Below, in pieces: positions 1 to 8,624 of a stretch of 62,914 bases of DNA (positions are counted from its first letter, which is position 1; the number at the start of each line of letters is the position of its first letter). The translations under genes were made by a program, and so were the position numbers. Source of the stretch: Bacteroidales bacterium (GTDB lineage: Bacteria > Bacteroidota > Bacteroidia > Bacteroidales > JAIPAH01); NCBI GenBank assembly GCA_021738485.1, contig JAIPBX010000004.1, forward strand, positions 1 through 62,914, in the 5' to 3' direction. The notes beneath the pieces were generated by a model. That model did no database searches, had not been told where the DNA came from, and saw only the letters and a program-made list of their open reading frames with translations.

Positions 1-775
1 GCGTCTTGCCCAGTTGGTTTTCCACCAGTTCCCGAATATGGGGAGCCACCTCACGCATAGAAAAATGGAATACTTTTTCCCCGTCGAGAGCCACATTTAT
101 TCCATTTCTCATAATACCATTCCCATAATCCTTGTATTCGAGGGATTCTTTGGTAATAAATTTCCGAAGACCTCCTTCCGGGATAATAATGGCATCGTAG
201 CCGCTACCGTCCGACTGAAGGTTAAAAGTCATTTTAGGAGCGTTTTCGTCGAACTCCAGCGCCGTAGCTGTCCCTGCATCCCCAAACAATAGATACGTAC
301 TTTTATCGTGGTAGGAAGAGGTAGCTGTTGAAACATCCCCCACAAGCATCAGGGCCTTCTTAACGCCCCCATTGCTGATAAGACTGGAAAGCTGCGAAAG
401 CCCATAAACATATCCTGAACATCCCAGGTTCACGTCATAAGCCATAGTCGTTTTGGGGAGACCCATTTTATCTTGCAACACAATAGATGTGGCAGGTAAA
501 ATGTAGTCTGCTGCCTGAGTTACAAGCACCAGCGCATCTACTTCCTCTCTTTTCCAATTCAGCTCCTCCAGAAGTTTTTCAGCGGCTGTTTGACATAAAT
601 CGGCTGTCGTTACTCCTTTTTCAGCCACCCGTCTTTTTTCAATACCGGTAGTCTTCACATACATCTGCTTCTCCTTCATGGAGGTGAGCTCATAATCGTA
701 ATTAGACTCTTCATTCTTAGGTACGCACGCTGCTATCCCCGAAATGCGCGTTCTTGGTATATTTAGTATAGCCAT
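1..775 (-). CDS. 3-oxoacyl-ACP synthase III (FabH-like), truncated by the window edge
   Basis: Not in the ORF track; translated by hand from ATG 775: MAILNIPRTRISGIAACVPKNEESN...KTTGIEKRRVA...TTADLC...AYDVNLGCSGYVYGL...LLFGDAGTATAL. Has the KAS III catalytic Cys motif and FGD motif, and abuts the ACP stop codon. Confidence 0.9.
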   Translation of the reverse strand, partial: MAILNIPRTRISGIAACVPKNEESNYDYELTSMKEKQMYVKTTGIEKRRVAEKGVTTADLCQTAAEKLLEELNWKREEVDALVLVTQAADYILPATSIVLQDKMGLPKTTMAYDVNLGCSGYVYGLSQLSSLISNGGVKKALMLVGDVSTATSSYHDKSTYLLFGDAGTATALEFDENAPKMTFNLQSDGSGYDAIIIPEGGLRKFITKESLEYKDYGNGIMRNGINVALDGEKVFHFSMREVAPHIRELVENQLGKT

Positions 776-1015
776 TTAACTCGCTTCTTTTAATTCCAGC
801 ACCCGGCTATAAAGATCATTTATGGTCTCAGCTTGCTGGATGTCTTCGGCGTTTATCGATACATCATACTCACTATCCACCAGTGCTATAATAATTAATG
901 CATTCACCGAATTCCACTCAAAATACTCTCTAAAATTACTATCGGGTTTCAATGTCCCGGGTTCCAGCTCTTCAAATTCGTCTTCAATTTTTTCAATGAA
1001 TTTTTCCACACTCAT
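776..1015 (-). CDS. Acyl carrier protein
   Basis: 79 aa, very acidic, EWNSVNALIIIALVDSEYDV matches the ACP helix-II Ser motif (WDS-type with Asn for Asp); directly upstream of KAS III. Confidence 0.85.
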   Translation of the reverse strand: MSVEKFIEKIEDEFEELEPGTLKPDSNFREYFEWNSVNALIIIALVDSEYDVSINAEDIQQAETINDLYSRVLELKEAS

Positions 1016-1040
1016 AACTTTTCTTTACTTTATTCTCCTG

Positions 1041-1048
1041 CAAATTTA
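1041..1048 (-). promoter_or_regulatory. Bacteroidetes -7 promoter box (TAAATTTG) for the ACP-KAS III operon
   Basis: Exact TAnnTTTG on the minus strand about 25 bp upstream of the ACP start. Confidence 0.55.
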
Positions 1049-1230
1049 GTTAATTATAGTCAGATCTGCTTTTCATTCCAGGTAAATAAAAGCAATTGTC
1101 TATACTTGTTTCTTTCGGTGTAAATATAAAAAAATAAGCCAAGCAATCAATTTTTTTCGCTATTTAACAGGAGACAACCAAAAGCGGGAAAAGCCCCTAC
1201 TCTAAAACCTATTAATATGTGTTTAACTTA

Positions 1231-3681
1231 TCAGAAGGGCTCATCCGGCCCTCCCCCTCCGAAAATATGAGATTCCTCTCTTTCGGCATCGTTATCTTTA
1301 AGTTCGTAAGAAATTGAAAGCGAGAAAAACGTGCCGGATCGCCATTGAAATTTCTGACGCGCTTCGAAGTTGCTCCCGTCAACACGACTACGGTAAACAT
1401 CTGTATTGAAAACATCGCGTGCACTAAACGAGACGTGACCTCTGTTGTTGAGGAAATCCTTTCTCAGCCCCATATCCACTTCATACATTGCCTCTTCTGT
1501 ATCCTGCCCCTCCTTTTCCGGAGCCCTGTAATCGGCATTTACCTCAAATTCGAACCAGTTCTTTACATCAAAATTGAAGCTGGCGCGGGCATCCATGGTG
1601 TAGGATGAATTGTTCAGACTCTCGCCGGCGGCGTAACCACTGGTGCTTCCGTGATAAAAGTAACTGCTGATGCTGAAATCCCACCAATCGAAGATTTCAT
1701 TGCTGTAGCGTGTTTCAATCCCAGCGTTATCCCTGGAAGCAAGATTAAATGGTTTGCTGATTGTAATTCCTTCCGTATTAACCGTATCCACATTTTCAAT
1801 TTCATTCACAGTACGGCGGTAGAAAGCTCCTACATAAACGGAGCGTTCTTCTTTGTTGTTGATGTATCCAAGGTCGTAAGCGCCGGTGTATTCCGGGTCG
1901 AGCAGCGGATTACCCGTACGGTAATTCCGGTTATTGCTAAACGTGTTATACGGATTCAATTCCCTGAAATAGGGGCGGTCGAGCCGGCGGCTGTAACTGG
2001 CCTGAACCGAGTTGGTTTCTGTAATATGGTAAGTTAATGAGGCACTGGGAAACAAGTCGTAATAGGATCTTTCATTGGCCGCCTCATCGGTTAACAATTC
2101 CGTATCGATCCGGGTAACCTCAAACCGGATGCCGGCCTGGTAGCTGAAGGCGCCCCTTCTGTTTCCATACATGGCATAGACTCCGTAGATTTCCTCATCA
2201 TAAAAGAACGTATTCGAAAAACGATCCAGAGTATTCCATGGGTCAGCCTCCGAAGGGCGCTGTTCGACATTATACTTGTTTTCAATGGTACGATACTCGC
2301 CCCGGAAACCGGTTTCAAATTTTCCGTCTTCACTAAACGGGTAGGTATAATCCAGCTTTGCCAGGTAGCCCTGCACATCTGTATCGTTGAGGGAATTCTG
2401 GAAGAGGGCTGTATCCTGGCTCTCGCCGGGAAGCCCCATGGTTTCCACTAAGCTGGCATCCTCCGTTTCCACACTGCTGCGGGCCTGCAAATCAGCCGTC
2501 AGCTTGTGGTCATCCTCCCCGAAAGTTTTCTCATAATTCATGTTCAGCTCATATTCACCTTCTTTCTCTTCCTCCAGTTCATCTCTAATGGTTCTGCGGG
2601 TGAGGTTATCGGAGACAAACTGATTCCCCGTGTAGTCTCTGAAGGTAAGATCGGTGTAATTGTCCTCATTAGCGACGCTGTATACCCCTGATATTTTAAG
2701 CACATCGTTGGGGGTAAAGTAAAAATCTGATCCGAACTGGAAATTATGGTTTACTCCTCCTCTTGTTCTGTCGCGGTCGGTCCATAAAGAATAGGTGGTA
2801 TCCGGTAAGTTATAAGTTTGTTTACGCCATCCTCCTCCGGGATGTTCATCGGTACTGACGTTGTAGCTACCAAAAATGTTATACCATTTTTTGCGGTAAT
2901 TCATACGCACCGAAGCGCCATGATCTTTCGGGTGACCGGCTTCCAGGGTAAACTGTCCGTTGAGGCCCCAGTTTTGCCCCTCTTCCAGGATGATGTTGAT
3001 GATACCTGCCGCGCCTTGTGCTTCATACTTGGCAGATGGATTCGTAATGATTTCTACTCGCTTGATTTGATTGGCCGGAAAATACCGCAGGATTTCCGAT
3101 CCCGAAAGACCCATCATGCTGGAGGGCTTCCCATTAACCAGGATTCTGACGCCCTGGCTTCCCCTTAGGCTGATATTCCCTTCGATATCGGTAGATACCG
3201 CCGGAATATTATCCAGCACTTCGGCAGCACTGGCGCCCGAATTACTCAGGTCGGTTCCCACATTAAATATTTTTTTTCCTCCCTGCATGGTCATTCGACT
3301 CTGTTCACCGGTAACCACAAACTCCGAGAGTTGCTTCTGATCGGGCATTAAAGAAATGGTTCCTAAATTTTTGCTGGGCTTAGATTCCCGGAGGCGAACC
3401 GCTGATTTAATTTTAGGCTGGTGGGAAACATACTGAACTTTCAGCATATACTCTCCCGGGGCTGCCTGCAGCTTGAACTTACCTGTTGAGTCGGTAATCG
3501 TACCTTTGGCAATAGTTGAATCGCCGGGATTCAGAAGAGCTACAGAGGCTCGGTACAAAGGCTCACCGGTTTGAGCATCTTTTACCGTACCGGTGATTTT
3601 AGGATAGGTGGCTTCCTGTGAAAAGCTTATGGATGAAATCACTAAAATTATTAAAACGAAAACTCCTTTGATTTTGTGCAT
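1231..3681 (-). CDS. TonB-dependent receptor (outer-membrane beta-barrel family)
   Basis: Signal peptide, CarboxypepD-reg-like N-domain (ITGTVKDAQTGEPL), plug (ISLRGSQGVRILVNGKP; IKRVEIITNPSAKYEAQG..GIINI), barrel motifs (GNPLLDPE, DVFNT). Confidence 0.9.
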   Translation of the reverse strand: MHKIKGVFVLIILVISSISFSQEATYPKITGTVKDAQTGEPLYRASVALLNPGDSTIAKGTITDSTGKFKLQAAPGEYMLKVQYVSHQPKIKSAVRLRESKPSKNLGTISLMPDQKQLSEFVVTGEQSRMTMQGGKKIFNVGTDLSNSGASAAEVLDNIPAVSTDIEGNISLRGSQGVRILVNGKPSSMMGLSGSEILRYFPANQIKRVEIITNPSAKYEAQGAAGIINIILEEGQNWGLNGQFTLEAGHPKDHGASVRMNYRKKWYNIFGSYNVSTDEHPGGGWRKQTYNLPDTTYSLWTDRDRTRGGVNHNFQFGSDFYFTPNDVLKISGVYSVANEDNYTDLTFRDYTGNQFVSDNLTRRTIRDELEEEKEGEYELNMNYEKTFGEDDHKLTADLQARSSVETEDASLVETMGLPGESQDTALFQNSLNDTDVQGYLAKLDYTYPFSEDGKFETGFRGEYRTIENKYNVEQRPSEADPWNTLDRFSNTFFYDEEIYGVYAMYGNRRGAFSYQAGIRFEVTRIDTELLTDEAANERSYYDLFPSASLTYHITETNSVQASYSRRLDRPYFRELNPYNTFSNNRNYRTGNPLLDPEYTGAYDLGYINNKEERSVYVGAFYRRTVNEIENVDTVNTEGITISKPFNLASRDNAGIETRYSNEIFDWWDFSISSYFYHGSTSGYAAGESLNNSSYTMDARASFNFDVKNWFEFEVNADYRAPEKEGQDTEEAMYEVDMGLRKDFLNNRGHVSFSARDVFNTDVYRSRVDGSNFEARQKFQWRSGTFFSLSISYELKDNDAEREESHIFGGGGPDEPF

Positions 3682-3926
3682 AAAAATTATCTTCTTCTTT
3701 TGTGCTCAATTTATTTTGACAAATTATTCCTCTATTTCTTTCGGGTATTTGTACTTAACTACAAATAAACCCTCCAAACTGTTCGGATAATCACTTGAAA
3801 GTCCTACTATAAATATTCCATCCACCAATGATTGTTACTTTCTGTTAATTTAAATGGAAAATGTTTCAAATGAAAAATTAAGTCTATTTCAGTAAAAAAA
3901 TTTTTTATAATTGTAAAAAAATCGGA

Positions 3927-5312
3927 ATGACAAGAAAACATAAACTATTATTAATCAATCCTCAAAATCAGCACCGGAAAGGGTTCACACTTTCAATTAC
4001 TTCTGTATATCCTCCTTTAAGCCTTGGGATTATAGCTGCACTTACTCCGGAGAATTGGAATATTGAAATATTAGATGAAAATTTTGATCGGTTTGAAAAT
4101 AAGGAGGATAAATATGCTGATTTGGTGGGTATAACAGCATTTACTTCCAACGCATATCGTGCTTATGAGATTGCGGCATATTACCTCAAAAAAAGCATTC
4201 CTGTTGTTTTGGGAGGTATCCATGCCACGATGAGGGCTGAAGAAGCGGCCCGATATGTAACTACAGTCTTTAAAGGAGAAGCGGAAAGTAAATGGCCCCA
4301 AGTTATTGATGATTTTGAAAAAGGAGTATTAAAATCAGAATATAATGGTGGACGTCCCTCGATGGATTTGGTGCCCATAGCTCGTCATGATCTTTTTCAT
4401 CCGAATTACATTTTCAATAGCATTCAAACGACAAGAGGATGTCCATATAAGTGTGACTTCTGTTCGGTACACCAGTTTAACGGCACACGCCACCGATTGA
4501 GACCTGTCAATGATATTCTGGATGAAATCGAACAACTACCTGATAAATTACTGGGATTCATTGATGATAATTTTTTTGGGCACTCAAAAAAAAGCAAAGA
4601 GCATTCGTATGAAATTCTGAAAGGAATGATAGACCGGGGTATTAAAAAGGAATGGTTTATTCAGTCAAGTATTAATATTGCGGATGATCCTGAGTTTTTG
4701 AATCTTGCCTCAAAAGCCGGTTGCCGGGAGGTATTGATCGGTGTTGAATCCGAGAATATCCATCAGCTCAAGCAATCGAACAAAATACTTAATGCAAAAA
4801 TTTCACCTGCGCTTTTTAAAACGAAATTCAAGAAAATCCGAAAGAAAGGGATTGCTGTTTTAGGTGCGTTTATCTTTGGAATGGACGGAGATACTGAGGC
4901 GGATCTTTTTCACCGATTAAAATTCATTAAGAGGTCAGGGGTAGATGTTATCCAGGCCACAATTTTAACCCCTTACCCTGGTACAGAATTGTTTGAGCGG
5001 ATGCAAGCTGAAAATCGATTGTATAAGAATAACTTTCCTGAAGATTGGCAGCATTATCATGCAGAAGAAGTTGTAATTAAACCCGATCAAATGGCGCCGG
5101 AAGAATTAGAACGAATTATGTATGAAATATGGCAAAACGTTTATAATAAAAGATTTATGCGAATGCGATTCTTAAAATCCTTACTGGTTCTTAAAAACGT
5201 AAAATCGGCTTATTGGGCTTACGCAGGTAATTGGAATTACCGGCGTATTGTTTTTGAAAAAAGTGGCTATGACCCTGATAAGCATCCTGACAAACAAAAA
5301 ACACCAGCGTAA
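3927..5312 (+). CDS. B12-binding radical SAM protein, paralogue 1
   Basis: N-terminal cobalamin-binding Rossmann domain (PPLSLGIIAALTP, DLVGIT, VVLGGIHAT) and TRGCPYKCDFC (CxxxCxxC), DDNF, GVES, TPYPGT. Confidence 0.9.
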   Translation: MTRKHKLLLINPQNQHRKGFTLSITSVYPPLSLGIIAALTPENWNIEILDENFDRFENKEDKYADLVGITAFTSNAYRAYEIAAYYLKKSIPVVLGGIHATMRAEEAARYVTTVFKGEAESKWPQVIDDFEKGVLKSEYNGGRPSMDLVPIARHDLFHPNYIFNSIQTTRGCPYKCDFCSVHQFNGTRHRLRPVNDILDEIEQLPDKLLGFIDDNFFGHSKKSKEHSYEILKGMIDRGIKKEWFIQSSINIADDPEFLNLASKAGCREVLIGVESENIHQLKQSNKILNAKISPALFKTKFKKIRKKGIAVLGAFIFGMDGDTEADLFHRLKFIKRSGVDVIQATILTPYPGTELFERMQAENRLYKNNFPEDWQHYHAEEVVIKPDQMAPEELERIMYEIWQNVYNKRFMRMRFLKSLLVLKNVKSAYWAYAGNWNYRRIVFEKSGYDPDKHPDKQKTPA

Positions 5313-5407
5313 TCAGGGTGTTAATACGAAACTAAAAAGGGTAACCATAACATTAAGCATTTGTTTCTTTAAAATAAATTATTTTAGCTGTTTAAAATCC
5401 GTATACA

Positions 5408-6835
5408 ATGAAATTGCTTTTAATAAATCCACTCAACCAATACCGTAAAGGATTTTCATTATCCTGGACAAATGTATATCCCCCAATTGCACTTGGTATA
5501 CTGGCTTCACTCACACCAAAACATTGGGATATAGAAATTATTGATGAGAATTTTGATAAATTTGAAAACCTCGATGAAAAACGAAAAGAAGCTGATTTGG
5601 TAGGAATTACTTCTTTCAGTCCGAATGCTCCCCGGGCTTATGAAATTGCTTCCTATTTCAGAGAACGGAATATTCCGGTTGTTTATGGCGGAAATCATGC
5701 TACAATGATGGCCCAGGAAGCAGCAGATTATGTTGATGTGGTTTTTAAAGGAGAAGCCGAAACAAAATGGCATGAAGTAATAGAAGATTTCGAAAACAAC
5801 CGGCTAAAACCTTTATATGATGGAGGGCAACCAAATTTAAAAGAAATGCCCCCGGCACGGCATGATTTATTTCATAACAATTACATTTTTAGCTCTATCC
5901 AAACTACCCGTGGCTGCCCGTTCAAATGCGATTTCTGTTCAGTCCATGTGTTCAACGGAACTAGACACAGATTACGTCCTGCAAATGATATTTTAGATGA
6001 ACTTGAATCTATTTCTCATAAATTAGTATTTATTGTTGATGACAATTTCTATGGATATTCCACAGCCAGCAAAAATCATGCATATGAGATAATGGAGGGG
6101 ATGCTGGAACGGGGGATTAAAAAAGACTGGTATGCGCAAACTTCTATGAATGTAGCTGATGATGAAAAATTCCTGAAACTTGCAGCAAAAAGTGGTTGTA
6201 AGGAACTTTTTATCGGTGTGGAAACTGACGATCCGGAACAACTAAAAAGTACAAATAAAAGATATAATGCGAAAGTAGCGCCGGAAAATTTCCGAAAAAA
6301 ATTCAAAAAGATTCAAAAGCATGGTATTGCCGTTTTGGGTGCTTTTATTTTTGGGTTGGACGGGGATACAAAAGAGGCCCTTTACCGGCGGGCAAAATTT
6401 ATCGAAAAAGTAGGGGTGGACACTATTCAAACGTCTCTATTGATGACTCCACCCGGTACAGACTTGTTTGACCGCATGAAAAAAGCCGGGCGCATGCTAC
6501 GTACAAACTTCCCCAAAGACTGGGAAAGATATCATTCGGCTGAAGTAATATTACAGCCTGAGAACATGTCTCCTGAAGAATTGCAACACCATATGTATAT
6601 TATTTGGCACAAGCTATACAATAAAGCCGCTATCCGCAAACGCTTTTTAAAAACGCTTTGGCGTACAAAAAGCTTTAAAGCTGCACTGTGGGCTTATATA
6701 GGCAACACCCATTATCGGAGTATGGTATTTGAAAACGGGGGCTATAATCCTGACAAACATCCGGATAAGCAAGAGCGAATTTTTCTTGAGCCGGTTACAC
6801 ATAAAAAAATGGAACGACCAGACAATATTTATTAG
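5408..6835 (+). CDS. B12-binding radical SAM protein, paralogue 2
   Basis: Same architecture (PPIALGILASLTP, DLVGIT, GGNHAT, TRGCPFKCDFC, DDNF); colinear with 3927-5312 over its full length. Confidence 0.9.
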   Translation: MKLLLINPLNQYRKGFSLSWTNVYPPIALGILASLTPKHWDIEIIDENFDKFENLDEKRKEADLVGITSFSPNAPRAYEIASYFRERNIPVVYGGNHATMMAQEAADYVDVVFKGEAETKWHEVIEDFENNRLKPLYDGGQPNLKEMPPARHDLFHNNYIFSSIQTTRGCPFKCDFCSVHVFNGTRHRLRPANDILDELESISHKLVFIVDDNFYGYSTASKNHAYEIMEGMLERGIKKDWYAQTSMNVADDEKFLKLAAKSGCKELFIGVETDDPEQLKSTNKRYNAKVAPENFRKKFKKIQKHGIAVLGAFIFGLDGDTKEALYRRAKFIEKVGVDTIQTSLLMTPPGTDLFDRMKKAGRMLRTNFPKDWERYHSAEVILQPENMSPEELQHHMYIIWHKLYNKAAIRKRFLKTLWRTKSFKAALWAYIGNTHYRSMVFENGGYNPDKHPDKQERIFLEPVTHKKMERPDNIY

Positions 6836-6842
6836 TCAATTT

Positions 6843-8621
6843 TCAGCGTTCCCGTGACTCATAAAAAGACTGTATTTCCCGGGCATACCGCTTCACCAAA
6901 TTATTCCTTTTCAACTTCATCGAAGGAGTGAGTTCGCCGTTTTCGATCGACCATTCATCTGTTAAAACTTTATAGGCTTTAATTTGATGGGTATCTCTGG
7001 CTTGTTCGTTATAGGTCTTAATCAGTTCTTCGATGTAGGCATGTATATCTTTGTTTTGCCTTAGTTTTTCAACCTTATCGCTGACCTGATTTTGTCTGGC
7101 CCATTTTTTTGCATAATCCTGGTTTAATACAAAAAAAGCCGATAAATAATCCTTGTATTCCCCAACAACAAATACATGTTCGACAAAAGATGATAGCTTT
7201 AGTTGATTCTCAATACGTTCAGGATAAACGTAAGTTCCGGAAGCATTTTTAAAAATATTTTTCTTCCTTCCTGAGATCGTTAAATATTGTTTTTCATCTA
7301 GCAGCCCGATATCGCCGGTATGAAAATACCCCTCTTCATCAATGCTTTCATTGGTGAGTTCCGGATGCTTATAATACCCTTGCATCTTACCCGGACCTTT
7401 TGCTAAAATTTCGCCGTCTTCAGCAATTTTTACAGAAGCATTTACAAGAGGTTGTCCCACAGTTCCTGCTTTATCAAACTCAAGGTTATTGAATGATATA
7501 AGCGGAGCCATTTCTGTCACTCCATAGCCCTCATGAACAGTGATGCCGGCAATGTTAAAAAAAGCATATATATCTCGCGATAAAGCAGAGCCTCCGCAGA
7601 TTATCTTTCTTAGCCTCCCCCCCATCATTGCTCGCCATTTGCTATAAACCAGCTTATCGAAAATATTTTTCAAGAGTTTTTCCGTGAAGGAGAGCTCTTT
7701 GGCCCTATTTTTCTTACTTAGCGCAAAACTTAGCGCATACTTGTAAATAATTCGGGATATGCCTTTTAATTCCTGCTGTTTATTAATTATGCCTTTATAT
7801 ACTCTTTCAAGCAGTAGAGGAACGGTAATAAGTATACCCGGCCGAACATACGAGAAGTTGGATATAATATTGCTCATGCTTTCATTATAATAAATCGTCA
7901 ATCCTTTAATCATGAAAACATAGTTCGTCATTCTTTCATATGAATGCGACAGCGGCAGATAACTTAATACATTATCCGTATTTTCAACGCCGATACTACT
8001 GGCAGCTACGATAACATTGGATAAATGATTTCGATGTGTTAACATCACACCTTTGGGCATGGTGGTAGTGCCTGAAGTATATATGACCGAAGCAAGATCA
8101 TCCGGCGAAACTTTTTCTTTCTGGTGTGCTATCTTGTCTTGATAGCCTTTTTCTTTCCCGTCTTTCAATAAGTCGCGAAAAGCATTCACTTCCCCTTCAC
8201 TACCCTGATCATAAGAAAACACCATTGTTTCCGACGGAATATCCCAGGTACTCTTTAACTTTTTTAACAAGTGCCTATTGGATATGAAAATAAACCTTGG
8301 CTTAACTTCATCAAGAATATAAGCCATCTCATCTTGACTAATGGTCGGAAATAACGGTACATGGACAGCTCCCAACTGTAAAAGTCCCATATCCAGAAAA
8401 TTCCACTCAGGACGATTATCGGAAATATTGACAACCAATTCTCCTTTTTCCACTCCCAAATCAAGAAGAGAAGCACTTACTGCATTGGCATTGTCTATAA
8501 AATCCTGTTGCTTATAAACAACCCATTGCCCATTTCTTTTGCCGGCCAATGCCTCTTTATTTCCATATTTTTCCCTGGCAAAATAAATAATATCGAAAAG
8601 TCGCAGTATGTTGTTCTTCAT
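6843..8621 (-). CDS. Long-chain fatty acid-CoA ligase (AMP-forming)
   Basis: YTSGTTTMPKGVMLTHRN, EGYGVTE, FHTGDIG, GRKKNIFK and ELTPSMKLKR motifs of the FAA1/FadD15-type family. Confidence 0.9.
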   Translation of the reverse strand: MKNNILRLFDIIYFAREKYGNKEALAGKRNGQWVVYKQQDFIDNANAVSASLLDLGVEKGELVVNISDNRPEWNFLDMGLLQLGAVHVPLFPTISQDEMAYILDEVKPRFIFISNRHLLKKLKSTWDIPSETMVFSYDQGSEGEVNAFRDLLKDGKEKGYQDKIAHQKEKVSPDDLASVIYTSGTTTMPKGVMLTHRNHLSNVIVAASSIGVENTDNVLSYLPLSHSYERMTNYVFMIKGLTIYYNESMSNIISNFSYVRPGILITVPLLLERVYKGIINKQQELKGISRIIYKYALSFALSKKNRAKELSFTEKLLKNIFDKLVYSKWRAMMGGRLRKIICGGSALSRDIYAFFNIAGITVHEGYGVTEMAPLISFNNLEFDKAGTVGQPLVNASVKIAEDGEILAKGPGKMQGYYKHPELTNESIDEEGYFHTGDIGLLDEKQYLTISGRKKNIFKNASGTYVYPERIENQLKLSSFVEHVFVVGEYKDYLSAFFVLNQDYAKKWARQNQVSDKVEKLRQNKDIHAYIEELIKTYNEQARDTHQIKAYKVLTDEWSIENGELTPSMKLKRNNLVKRYAREIQSFYESRER

Positions 8622-8624
8622 AAT

